Positions 22,983-35,715 of a DNA stretch of 64,000 bases are shown piece after piece. Below the pieces are notes generated by a model. The model worked only from the letters and a program-made list of their open reading frames with translations, did no database searches and was not told the origin of the DNA. How positions within the stretch are numbered: position 1 is the first letter of the stretch; the number at the start of each line of letters is the position of its first letter. A program made the position numbers and the translations under genes. This DNA comes from Macrostomum lignano (lineage: Eukaryota), in assembly GCA_002269645.1 (NCBI GenBank), contig NIVC01000525.1, forward strand, positions 518,395 through 582,394, given 5' to 3'.

Positions 22983-24142
22983 TGTCTCACCTTTCGTTCA
23001 GGGGGAGACGCGGTCCACTACAAGCCGCATGAACACATGAATCGTCGTCTGGCACCCCCGCGACCTTTGTGATGACTGCGGGCAGGAACACGGTGTGGGT
23101 TCTCGCCGACAATCGGTTGCAGTTAGCTAGCACTAATCAGCTGGCGCCTCAAAACCAGCCTTCAGACGCCAATGATGGGAAGATGCTGTTCCAACATCCA
23201 ATGCAGACGAGCCGCCCGAAGACCAACAGGCCCATGCAGCTGCGACGAAGTTTGCGAGACCGTCGACCGCCCGAGAGATTTACCCCGCGCGTAGAGCATT
23301 CTCATGAGTTGCAGTGAACAATAACTACCTTGCCCGTTAACAATGAACTGAATAAAATATGTATTCCTGCTCTAATAGTTACCCCAATGCAATTCAATAC
23401 TTTATTCATATGACCCATACATAGGTCCATGTTTGTGGGCAGCTTGTGAAGAAGGTGCATGTTGTGCATTGAGAGAATGCACACACAAATCACCTCTTTA
23501 CAAATTAACGCATTGATGTACTGCTATCAATTCTCTTATTGTCTGTTTCTTTATGGTCTCGTTCCCTTAAAGTTTCACTTTTGTCTATGTCCTATATCTT
23601 CCTGCAGGCATTCGTATATTCCAGAGCACCGCTCCCTTGTTTTGTTTCCCCTAAAAAATTGCTTGAGCCCTCAAGGCAAATCGACGTCAACAAAAGTGCT
23701 CAGCGTTCGCGCTGCTCTGATTCCTAGCAGAGAATCCACATTCTCCTGACGACTGTGCCCACATCAACGTATATACTTGAACCATCTGAAAAGAGTTCCA
23801 AACCGAAAAAGTAACGGTATAGGAGCTTCGTGCCTATTTTAGCTCAAAAAAGTTAGAGCAGCTTATTTTTCTTAGTTTCTGATTAATTACAAGATTTCTG
23901 ATTAATTTGAAAGGATGAGAGGAAACAAGAGCATCATCCGCTATTCATAGCTCATAATTAATTTCTTTTTGTATATTTATACTGACTGACGCTGGTGCAA
24001 CAAAACTCGGGGGAATTTTTAGCTTTTGGAAATATTTGCAGAATATATATATATTTTTCATATAATCTCTCAAATTTTTATAAATCTCTTTATTTACAGC
24101 AAAAAATCAATAAAGCAATACAACAGCTATCTTCTTCTTCTT

Positions 24143-27100
24143 TCTTAATACTAAAACTGGTGCGATGATTGTGTGTGTGTTGCGATTTTTCTCCTAGTCT
24201 CTTAATACTAAAAGTGGTGCGTTGTTTGTCTGTTTGTGTGATACACATCTCCTCCTAGACGACTTGCAAGTCAGCGTTGAAACTTATATGGGAAAACTGC
24301 AAATTTTCCGAGGATGGCAGTGGGCTATTTCAATTTTTTATTTTCACGTCTTAAGATCCCTGAAAAAGCAGAAATAGTAAAACAATAGGGGAATGTGAAC
24401 ATCTTGCGTAATTTACAATTATTGCGCCACAACAGCCGGCCTATCTGTGCAGTGTATTCTTTCAACTGAAGGGGTGTAAGCTGGGCCGGTTGACATCAAT
24501 TTTAGCGATTGCGCCACAACTGTGTGCACTGAGAACTTAACCAAACCCCCCTAAGTTGAGGGTGCTGGGGCGGCAGTGGAATTCAATGAATAAACTTGCA
24601 AGCCTTTTTAGCAGGCAGTGCACGTATGCGTACACTCGATAGTTCAATGCTTTAAATTGGGATATTTCAAACGCCAACTGTTCCTCGAGTTTTGAACACT
24701 GAGAGAAGAGACTTATATTGCTGGAAAGATCTTTCAATGCTGACTTCGAGGATATAAGTTGTTTGCTTTAAATATGAAAGCAAAAAGCACTCCATTCAAG
24801 AAGATATTTCAATACTTTTAACTCTCTGCAAAGATTGTACTCATTTTACGGGTTCAATGGGTGTTCGACCGACCCCCCAACAGTTGGGGGGGGGGGGGGG
24901 TTGAATTTCTAACCTTCACTGCGTATTGGAAGGGGTCGGTCGCTGTGTATTGGAGGGTTGATTTAGATTGCGCAATTTTTTTCCTAATTTTACCGAGACT
25001 GATACTGAATGACTATGAAATTGGTTGCGCATTTAATTGATTCAATTGGTTCAATTTTTTTTATCGGCGCCTTTCAACACGCTGCTGTGTGTAGCTCTAA
25101 CCCTAACCCTAACCCTAACCCTAACCATTGAATCCTGAGTTTATTCCCTTTGACGGAGAAAATTTCGATTGAGTCCAGTTTCACGGAGAGAATTTCAAGG
25201 GTTTTCAGTTTCTTGGAGAGGATTTCTGTCTTGCGGAGAGGATTTCGATGGTTTTCAGTTTCACGGAGAGGATTTCTGTTTCGTGGAGAGAATATTGATG
25301 TATTTCTGTTTTACGGAGACAATTTTGATGGATTTTAGTTTCACGCAGAGGATTTCCTTGGAGTTCAGTTTCCCGGAGAGGATTTCTGTTTCGCGGAGAG
25401 GATTTCGATGGTGTTCAGTTTTGCGGTGAGGAGTTGGATGATGGGATTCAGTTGTTGGATTTCAGGGAATGGAATTCCGGTGATGGGAGTTCTTCCCCTT
25501 TCTCCTCCAGCGGAGGAGTTGGCCTCGTTAATACTAAAACTGGTGCGATGTTTGTTTGTGTGTTGCAATTTTTCTCCTAAACTACTGGCAAGTCAGCGTT
25601 GAAACTTATATGGGAAAACTGCAAATTTTCCGGATTGGGTTTATAGCTATTTTAATCTTTCATTTTTACATTTTAAGATCCCTAAAAAAGCAGAAAACTG
25701 TTTTTTTAACCCTCAATAACCTTCTTTGGCCACTCTGCCTGGGGCTGCAGCCAGTTTGTAAAAATAGCCACCCCAACCTCCGCCCGCGGGCCGCCGTGTA
25801 TTGAGGGGTGGTGGGTGCGCGTGTTCCGCGTTCAATGCAAATAACCCCCCCCCCCCTCGCGTGTTGGGGGGTTCAATTAAATTTAACGATTCCCCCGGAA
25901 TGGGAGGGGGTTGGGCTTGGGCTGAGTGTACATAGCAGTTGTACAGTGTAAGGAGATAGCTAGGACTGTGTCGAGATTTAATTGGTTTTATTATCGGCGG
26001 CATTCAATAGGCAGCCATGTGTATTTGCTGGGCAGTAAAATTTAATGAATAAACTTGCGAGCCTCTTTAGCAGGCTGTGAACGTACACTCGATACTTTAA
26101 TGCTTTAAATCAGGAAATTTCAAGCGCTAACTGTTCCTCGAGTTTTAAACTTTCAGAGGAGAGACTTATATTACTGGAAAGATCTTGCAATACTGAGTTC
26201 GGGGATATAAGTTGTTTGCTTTAAATGTGAAAACAAAAAGCACAGCATTTAAAAAACGATTTCCATACTTTTAACTTTCGGCAGTGTACTCATTTTGGAG
26301 TTCAATGGGGGTTCGACCAACCCCCCAACAGTTGGTGGGAGGGGGGGTTCAACTTTTAATTGCCACTGCGTATTGGAAGGGGTCAGTCGCTGTGTATTGG
26401 AGGGTTGATTTAGTTTGCGCAATCTTTTTGTTAACTTTTAACGAGACTGATACTGACTGACTGTGAAATCGGTTGCGCATTCAATTAATTCAATTGGTTC
26501 AACACGCTGCTGCGTTGTAGCTCTAACCCTAACCCTAACCCTAACCACTAAATCCTGAGAGTTTATTCTTTTTTACTGAGAAAATTTCGATTCAGTCCAG
26601 TTTAATGGAAAGAATTTCTGTTTCGCGGAGACGATTTTGATGGATGTCAGTTTCACGGAGAGGTGTTTGATGGAGTTCTCTTTTACGGAGAAGATTTCGA
26701 TGATGTTCAGTTTCGTGGAGAGGAGTTGGATGATGGGATTCAAGGAATGGCATTTCAGGGAATGGAGTTCCGGTGATGGGAATTCTTCCCCTTTCTCCTC
26801 CAGAGGAGGAGTTGGCCTCGTTTAATACTAAAAGTGGTGCGTTGTTTGTTTGTCTGTATGTGTGTTGCAATTTTTCTCCTAAACTACTGGCAAGTCAGCG
26901 TTGAAACTTATATGGGTAAACTGCAAATTTTCCGGACTGGGTTTATAGCAATTTTAATCTTTCATTTTTACATTTTAAGATCCCTAAAAAAGCAGAAAAC
27001 TGATTTCCTAACCTTCTTTGGCCCTTCTGTGGCCACTCTGCCTCTCCAGTGGAGGGTTGCAGTCTGTTTGTAAAAATAGCCACCCCAACCTCCGCCCGCG

Positions 27101-28370
27101 GGTCGCTGTGTTTTGGGGGGGTGGGTGCGCGTGTTCCGCGTTAAATGCAAAACCCCGCGTGTTGGGGTTCAATTAAATTTAACGATTCCCCCGGAATGGG
27201 TGGGGTTGGGCTTGGGCTGAGTGTACATAGCAGTTGTACAGTGTAAGGAGATAGCTAGGACTGTGTCGAGATTTAATTGGTTTTATTATCGGCGGCATTC
27301 AATAGGCAGCCATGTGTATTTGCTGGGCAGTAAAATTTAATGAATAAACTTGCGAGCCTCTTTAGCAGGCTGTGAACGTACACTCGATACTTTAATGCTT
27401 TAAATCAGGAAATTTCAAGCGCTAACTGTTCCTCGAGTTTTAAACTTTCAGAGGAGAGACTTATATTACTGGAAAGATCTTGCAATACTGAGTTCGGGGA
27501 TATAATTTGTTTGCTTTAAATGTGAAAACAAAAAGCACAGCATTTAAAAAACGATTTCCATACTTTTAACTTTCGGCAGTGTACTCATTTTGGAGTTCAA
27601 TGGGGGTTCGACCAACCCCCCAACAGTTGGTGGGAGGGGGGGTTCAACTTTTAATTGCCACTGCGTATTGGAAGGGGGTCAGTCGCTGTGTATTGGAGGG
27701 TTGATTTAGTTTGCGCAATCTTTTTGTTAACTTTTAACGAGACTGATACTGACTGACTGTGAAATCGGTTGCGCATTCAATTAATTCAATTGGTTCAACA
27801 CGCTGCTGCGTTGTAGCTCTAACCCTAACCCTAACCCTAACCACTAAATCCTGAGAGTTGATTCTTTTTTACGGAGAAAATTTCGATTCAGTCCAGTTTA
27901 ATGGAGAGAATTTCTGTTTCGCGGAGACGATTTTGATGGATGTCAGTTTCACGGAGAGGATTTCCATGGAGTCCAGTTTCACGGAGAGGATTTCTGTTTC
28001 TCGGAGGGGATTTTGATGAATGTCAGTTTCACGGAGAGGATTTCCATGGAGTCCAGTTTCACGGAGAGGATTTCTGTTTCTCGGAGGGGATTTTGATGAA
28101 TGTCAGTTTCACGGAGAGGATTTCCATGGAGTCCAGTTTCACGGAGAGGATTTCTATTTCTCGGAGGGGACTTTGATGAATGTCAGTTTCACGGAGAGGT
28201 GTTTGATGGAGTTCTCTTTTACGGAGAAGATTTCGATGATGTTCAGTTTCGCGGAGAGGAGTTGTATGATGGGATTCAGGGAATGGCATTTCCGGGAATG
28301 GAGTTCCGGTGATGGGAATTCTTCCCCTTTCTCCTCCAGAGGAGGAGTTGGCCTCGTGTAATACTAAAAG
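24143..28370 (+). repeat. Three head-to-tail 1.3-1.5 kb units (Helitron-like non-autonomous array) with internal (TAACCC)n
   Basis: Units start TTAATACTAAAA at about 24143, 25528 and 26821; each ends with a CTCCTCC/GGAGGAG-type hairpin then GGCCTCGT; TAACCC arrays at about 25097, 26522, 27818; internal TTCACGGAGAGGATTT subrepeats expand in unit 3. Confidence 0.8.
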
Positions 28371-29313
28371 ACGATCAGTCAATCTGTTTCTGATGAAAAC
28401 TATCGCTATATTTTTGGATTTTTATTTTCATTTTTATATTTGATCAAAATTGTCCACACACAGACAGAGTTTTGACTTTTATAGGTAGAGATTAAAATAG
28501 GATTTTATCTTGATCAAAAGTTTGCATTTCCATAGTGTATTTTTCGCACAAATCCAGCCCAGTTTTTTTAAAGAAACAATGATAAATCCTACTCTTCTGC
28601 TCAAGTCGTTCTAGTATTTTTTTGAAAAAGATATGTAGTGGAAGTTCCACAAAAATATATAATTAATAGCTGAATATAATTTCTTTTAAAACAGGTGATA
28701 ACTCCGGACATTTTTAACCTATAAAACAAAACTTTACACTTTAACGAAAATTTATATCATAAAGCTGCAAGCAGTAAATAAGTAAGTTGCATTTAAAGCT
28801 TTAGATTTCGGATATTTGTTAAAAGTATATTTTAAGATGCTAACTCAAACTTGTTTTCAAATGTGCAATAACGCAACAAGCGCTACTAAGCTTGCAGCAG
28901 CAAGAACTAAGCCAGTAAGCAGCAGACCAATTTTTATCACACTCTAACTTCAGCTCTACTTATTTAAATTATTGAATCGCAGAAAACACTTACAATTTGC
29001 TTAGGGGCTAGTAACTCCAATTTATTGCTTGCGTATTGATAGGCCTAATCCATTTGCATTAACGTGATTTTTGCAATCTGTTAAGTTAGGTCATAATTAA
29101 ACACAACACAAATTTAAGCTTTAAAGGTTTAAATGTAAGGATTTCATCTGCTTGCTTGAGGCTGGTAAAGAAGAATATTTTGTAGTATTTTCCTTTAATT
29201 ACAATATTTTTCATATACTAAAACCTATTTAGAATCCTACAACATCTATTTAGCTCTTGATTGTTTCATTTTGGATGATTTAGGCCTATCATTAAATTTG
29301 ACTGAATTTTATA

Positions 29314-29382
29314 ATGCCACCCAAAGGAAAAAATGAACCATCAAAAAAGACAGTGGAAAAACAAAAGCAGAAAGTCATAGAG
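29314..29382 (+). CDS. ZC3H15: Zinc finger CCCH domain-containing protein 15 (DFRP1), exon 1
   Basis: MPPKGKNEPSKKTVEKQKQKVIE|GTAAAT; continues in phase 0 into [11 protein letters not shown]. Confidence 0.88.
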
Positions 29383-30016
29383 GTAAATAATTTATGTTCT
29401 ATTTTTATATTGCTAATGACAAATTTTATATCTACTTTATAGGCCTAGCTTGTAAATGGTAGCAAGTCAATTTGCCAAAAGTTGATTCACCAAAAGTCAA
29501 TTTGCCGAAAGCAGGTTGTTTTGCTAAAAGTTGTTCTACCAAACAAATAAACAACAAAAAATAAATTAAATGAATAAATGAACAAATGAAATATTAAATG
29601 CTAGATCTAAAACATTAAAATCAATCAATGACCCCATCTATAAATAAATAAAAAGGATTATGTAGAATGTAAAATATAGAATATAGAATTTGTAGAATGT
29701 TAAATGTTACAACCACCTATGTTTTACAAATAAAGTGATAAAACATATGCACATTATGGCTTACAAAACAGTAGCCTATAAATTATAAGAAGTTTGCCAC
29801 ATTGTAAGGCAATTCTTAATTCATTTTTGATTTATAGAGTAAAAGAGGAAGTAGTAATATTTTGCAATTAGTGTATAAGTATATTGTTTGTTTATCTGAA
29901 AAATGTCTTTCTCAAGAAGGAACATACATGCACAACCTCCCTGATTTACACTGGCTATGCGACTTACTTTTTGACCAAAAATGCTACTTACCTGTCAAAG
30001 ACCCTAATGCAATTTT

Positions 30017-30080
30017 GGGTAAATGGCAAGAGTAACTATGACTGTCTTATAAGGGCTAAATGTCTCATCATCTAATTAGT
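30017..30080 (+). other. 28S rRNA-derived fragment (R2 target region), copy A
   Basis: GGGTAAATGGCAAGAGTAACTATGACTGTCTTATAAGGGCTAAATGTCTCATCATCTAATTAGT aligns to the conserved 28S segment GGGTAAACGGCGGGAGTAACTATGACTCTCTTAAGGTAGCCAAATGCCTCGTCATCTAATTAGT (recalled consensus). Confidence 0.8.
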
Positions 30081-31606
30081 ACTACATCTATATTCTTTAG
30101 GCTGGTAATTTTTGCCACTTACCCCTAGTCTACCACAATTTACGGTGGCCAGATCGGCCAGGTTGGCCAGCAGTTGCGCATGTATGGGAAGGAATCTTGA
30201 AAGATCTCTTTTGATATATATCAGCTTAACCCAGGATAGAATTCTTGCTTGGGGATAGGAAAACATGCATGTTCATATTTGTGTACAAATGTGCATACTA
30301 GCTATAAAAATAAGTCATAATGTGGATCATTGCCCATGCACAAAAAATGAAATTTTTAGTTTTTTAATTCTATGCCAATGTAAATTAAAAGTTGTACTTC
30401 AAATGTAAAGTAGCTTAAATACTATATTTTTAGAGAAAATTTTCTTTAAAAATTATAGGAGTTTTACTCAACTTTAAAGTAACTATTTTTGTTAAAAACA
30501 ATTATTCTTTATTTTACTTTTGTTTTGAAGTTTTCTAGTGTAAAAACAACCTTCTGGTCTATGAAAAGTAAGAGAACTTGAGTGCATATATACCACATGG
30601 CACATAACCATGTTGAATACGTGTAAAAGTCAAATCCTATCTGTGATTCTGCAGCAAACAGCTTCTTGCGTAAGTGCATATGATGGAGTAAACATATACC
30701 TTTGAGAGTGTGCAAGTAGGCTCCTTTTTAGCACGCATAAATGTGTAACAACTTTTGTTCAAGAATTCCATCTTGAACTCAACTGCTATACAGTATATGT
30801 GTGGCAGTTGTTGCACAAAAAATATATTTCCCACATTTTTATAATAATTAAAAGAATTGTGCCAGCAGGATTAAGTGTTCTGTAGTTGATAATCAATAAA
30901 AAATTCTTGGCAATGACAACTAAAAAATCAAACTCACAACCTTACATGTGTGACTCCAAGTATCACATCATGATGGCAGAAAAAACTTGTTAGCACTATT
31001 GCTAATATTGCTATTTGAATTGGTAGATATCAGTTAATTCCCAACCTGGTTTTACAGCGAATTGACTGTAGTGTTGGCAAAAGGGTATTTGGCAAATCAT
31101 CTCATATTCTTATAAATTATATAATCTTGTGTTGTATTAGGCACTTGCAACTTAGCACCTTGGTTGATGGTCATTTTGTCTGCTGCCAGTTTGTCTGCTA
31201 CTCTTTCGTCTTCCAAAAATATGATGTAGTTATTTTGTCTGCCAACAAAATAAGCAATTGTTATTTGTCTGGTGACTGGACAAATATGTCTGGTTAAATT
31301 GCTAACACAAGTATCTATTTGTTTAGTGATATAGATTTTAAAGACCTTTTCTTGTATCCTGATTTGAATAATATATTGTTATATACTAATGTCTAAGCAA
31401 AGCATATATGTATGTGAGATTTGGCATAATTTGGTATATAAGACATATACTAGTATAACAACATAAAAAGATACAAGTGAGAATTCTTTGAAGTCCAGGA
31501 ATATTCACCCTTGTAGTTTCTGTAAAATAGATATTTTAGAATTATTAATTTTACCAGACAAATAACAAATGCACATTTGTCTAGTATTAACTGGATGAAT
31601 AGGGAA

Positions 31607-34600
31607 CAACAACAACAAAATACGCTGTCATGATGGTAAAAGTCAGCGTCACAGGGCGCGCTTCATGGCTTGGGCGCGAACAAAGGCCGCGCCACCGGCA
31701 GTGTCCGGGGCGCCGGCGTCAGCCAGCAGACAGTCGACATAACGCCGAGTTCGCGCTTGACCTCGCCGGTAGGGTGCCTGCAGCGTGAGCAGCAGCACCT
31801 CCTGCACCGGCTGTGGGCAGTACGACTCGGCGCGGATGAGATGGCCTGCGAGCTGGAGTCGCCGACGGCGCAGTAGATCACTTGGACGTGGCAGGCCAGC
31901 GCGGCGATAGAGTGCCGCGTTGGTGACTCGCTCGACGCCGATGTTGAAGGCGGCGCGCAGCAGACCAGCGTGCGCCGCATCGACTTGCTGTTCGAGTGAG
32001 TCCGTCAGCGTCCAGGTCTCGGCGTTGTACAGCAGGACGGTCTCGATTACCGCCTGGAACAGCGCCGCCCTCTGGCGGTCCGGTAGGGCCTCGGACTGCA
32101 GGACTGCCCTCACAGAACGAAAGGCAGCCCAGGCAAGCCCGCGGCGGCGTCGCAGGTCCTCGCGAGCGTCTGGAACCAGACCGCCGAGGTAGACGAACTG
32201 CTGACATCGCGGGAGTTCGGTCGCCTGCCCGTCAGCGCCTCGGCAAAATATTGCAGCCTCGATGTCGTCCGGCACGCAGAGCACAACGGTCTTCTGCGTG
32301 TTGACCACCAGGCCGACACTCGCCGCAACGGCAACCAGCCTGTCCAGCTGCCGTTGGGCGCCCTCGACGGTCGAGGACAGCAGGGCGAGGTCGTCGGCGT
32401 AGCCAAGCACGCTGAGCCGCTTCTCCGGTTGACGTCGACCCACGCGTCGCTGCAGCAGAAAACCGTCGTCGTCGGTAGGAAGAGCAGTCCGCAGCACCCA
32501 GTCAAGCACCAGGACGAACAGGAACGGCGCCAGCGTATCTCCCTGAAGCACTCCGGAGGATGTCTCAAAGGAGTCCGATAGGCCGTCCGGTGTTGTCACA
32601 GCAGCTGTCGTATCACGGTACATCGCCATGATGGCGGAGATCAGCTGCTCAGGCACGTTGTACGCGCGGAGCACCATTGGAAGCACGGCTCTGACAACCG
32701 AGTCGAATGCCTTCTTGAAATCAATAAAGATTAAAATCAGGATCGACTGACGAATCCGCGCCTCCTCGATGACTCGGCGAAGAGCCAGGATCTGCGCCAC
32801 TGTGCCGCGATGGGGCCGAAACCCGTTCTGCTCTGGGCGCAGGTACGGATCCAGCACGGGCTGCAACCGCGAAAGCAGCATCCGGTTGAACAGCTTCGCT
32901 GCACAGGACTGAAGGCAGATGCCTCGATGGTCTCTGGCGACCTCAGCTTCCACACAGGGGATGCGCAGCGCCTCGATGGACACCTCGTCCGGACCCAGCG
33001 CTTTCCCGCCCGGTGACTGCTGGGCGAGCTTGACAACGTCGGCTGCGTTGACTGGGGCTACGCTGAAACTCTCCTCTGCCGGCAGCGGCGTCTCCGGCGG
33101 CAGCGTCAGACTGTCTGGCAGCGGGGGTGGCGGCGCGTTGACGATGGCGGCGAAGAACTCGCGCAGCTCGTTCCTACGCTCGTCCGGCGTGTCACCAGCC
33201 AGGTTCAGCGGATTGCGCCGCTTTCGTCCCGTCAGAGCGTTGATGGCGGACCAGGCCACGCGCCCTCTGGCATCGGGCCCAGCGGCAGAGACAGCCTGAA
33301 TGGCGTCATCGACAGCCGCTTGTTGGCGCTGCAGGTAGACAGCTGCCAGAGCTGCCTCTGCCTCGCGGGTTGGTCGCCTGCTCAAGCGGAGCTTCTCCAG
33401 ATCTTCCCTCGCTGCCTGAATCGCAGGGTCGTCCTGCCAGACCGGCTGCCCACGTTGAGCCGGTTGCATCATCGGGACTGCTTGCTCCGCGGCGGTTCTG
33501 ACTGCAGCGCACACTATCGCATACTCGGCACTTCCACGCTTGTCGCCCAGCGCGGTGTTAAAGGCGCTAGCAAAGCGACGCTGCGTATCGGTGGCTCTGA
33601 GCGCGCGGTAGTAGCGCCGCGGTGGCCGCTTCGGCGGACGGTAGAGCGGATCGCGAAGGTTGAGGTCGCAGATGAGGAGCCGGTGATCGGACCGCAGAGC
33701 CAGCGGCGTGATGGTTCGGCAGTTGACGGCGCGACGACGCTCACGGAAACGCACGAGCACGTGGTCGAGCTGTGCTTGTCTCCGGGTTGCGTTCCTGCCA
33801 CGCGCGTTCCGTCGCCTCCGCTTGCAGCCCACGAAGGTTGCGAGACCGCTTAGTGGCTTGCGGAAGCGGGTGTTGGCCGACACCATGTCCTGCCTCTCCA
33901 GGAAGTCCTCCAGTGCCTCGGTGTTGTTGTTCCCGCGTGGCGTCACGAACAGCGACCTCTCGGACCTACGCAGGACTGCGTTCAGGTCTCCGAGGGCGAC
34001 CGCTGTGTCACGCTGCGCCGTCGCCTCTACCTGCACTGAGAGCTGCTCGAAAAACTCTTGAGCCTCGTCAGGGCGTGTGGCAGGGGGCGCGTACGCGCAG
34101 AACAGGCGAGCATTCCGACCGCGTAGCCGGACGTCGATCCGAAGCAACCGAGGGGACAGGGAGACGCAGCGACAGCTCTGCTGCAGCCTCGGCCCGATCA
34201 GCGCTCCAACTCCTCCACGGCCTCGCTGGTCCGCAGAAGTATAGTAGAGGGTCCACCCGGCGCCCAAGTCCTCACAGTCCCGGGTCGGCCTTGATAGACA
34301 CCTCCTGCAGCGAGATGATGTCGCAGCTCAGGTCGTACGCCAGCTTCGCCAGCACCCCTCTACGCCAAGCAGCCTTGAGAGTGCGGCAGTTCAGCGTCCC
34401 GACCCGAAGCATGCCCTGTGGTACGGCTGGGGCTCGATGCAGTTGAGCCTCACGGTCCCCGGCGCCACCCGGAGGATCCGAGTGGACCCGCGCGGCAGCT
34501 CGACGGGCGGCGCCACGCAGCCGGCCTCGTCGGTTCCGCTCACGCCGGCGCTCAACACGCCGACGGGCGCTCCGCTGCCCTCGCTTGGTCCTGCCGCATT

Positions 34601-34698
34601 TGGCCGCCGCAGCAGTTAAGCGCGGCTCTCCGCTCTGACCACGAGGAGGTAGCGGCATTTATCTGCACCGTGGTGCAAATAAATTAAGACGAAATTAA
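31607..34698 (-). mobile_element. Full-length RTE-like LINE inserted in a Gypsy 3' LTR
   Basis: 13-bp TSD GATGAATAGGGAA (31594-31606, 34699-34711), (TTG)n 3' tail, single APE-RT coding region, about 3.1 kb. Confidence 0.95.
31649..34658 (-). CDS. APE endonuclease-RT polyprotein of the RTE-like LINE, frameshifted at about 34270
   Basis: ORF 34272-34658 (Arg-rich leader then MLRVGTLNCRTL...LQEV) and ORF 31649-34267 (LGDLNA, LDHVLV, SDH, QNGFR, IDFKKAFDSV, GVLQGD, YADDL). Confidence 0.92.
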
Positions 34699-35715
34699 GA
34701 TGAATAGGGAAACATTTTAGAAGAGCAAGGTGAGCAGAACTGTGACAACTTTTTATTTTCACAAAGGTCTTTTATACAGAGCGTGAGAAGGTGCACGAGA
34801 GTGGCATGAGTCAATCCCCAGCTTAGCAAGCTGGCGAGCGGTGCACCCACCCCCCAGGCTAGGCAGCTGAGGGTTTGGAGTGCAAATGTTCTGCAACTGC
34901 ACTGCATGCAGGCCTGGCCGCCACATGGCTCCCCCCAGCACCGAGTTAGGCTCTGAACTTTGTTGGGCGACACTGTTGAGGTGGCTGCCAGTGGATGGGA
35001 TGAGCAGTGTCGCGTTGAGGGACTAGCAGTGGGCGGGTGGTTTTGTCAGTTGTGGCCCGTGTCAGTGGGGCCGCAGGCTGTCGAGGTGGGCGGCCTCTTG
35101 GTCGCACAACTGGCGCCAGAACTTGCTTGCGCAGATAGAGGATCGCCGGCTTGAGTCTGTCAATGGACACCTGGTCGCGTCGCGTGCCTAGGTCCAACAG
35201 GAAGGTCTTTTTGTCGCGTTCTATGACCTTGAATGGGCCGTTGTAGGGCTTCTGCAGCGGTGCTCAATGGCCATCCCACGAGGTCGACATGCACGTGGGC
35301 GAAGCGCTGGCCCGGCATGCGGATGCTGTCCACTGGAGCGGCGACGTGGCGCTGAACCTTGGTGGTCTGGCAGGCGACGCAGGTCTTGGCCCACTGGCTG
35401 ACGTCCTTGTTCATACCGGCCCACACGAACTTGGCGGCGATGAGTCGCCGTGTGCTGCGAACCGACGGGTGGGCGAGGCTGTGGATGGCGTCGAACACAG
35501 CGCGGCGAAAGTCCGGCGGCACCAGCGGGCGCGGCCGGCCAGTCGAGATGTCGCAGAGCAGAGCGACGCCGGGGCTGATCTGCAGCGGCTCAAGCTGAAG
35601 ACTGGCGCCTGCCTGGGCGGCTGGGTCCGCTGCCTGCACCGCGGCCATCGCCGCGTAGTCCACGCCGGGGAGCAGCCCGGGCTGCACCGACGCGACCGTG
35701 CAACTGGACAGCGCG

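Larger units (their letters stand above)
16975..23300 (+). mobile_element. Decayed Ty3/Gypsy pol (RT, RNase H, integrase) split by a Penelope-like element and a TIR insertion
   Basis: RT SIDLRSAYWQI...IYQDDILV (16975-17600); RNase H start LTTDAS at about 17645; RNase H end ARIGRWALAL...DALSRL at 21490-21620; integrase SDN...QANGSAERAVRT at 22170-22320; C-terminal RNTVWV...LRRSLRDRRPPERF to about 23290. Confidence 0.88.

Noticed and set aside
25097-27841. True telomere or chromosome-fusion site
   Set aside because: Only 4-5 hexamers per site, all in one orientation and embedded at the same position of a larger repeat unit.
34262-34290. Programmed ribosomal frameshift in the RTE-like LINE
   Set aside because: The two copies need shifts of different phase and share no slippery sequence, so independent deletions are more likely.
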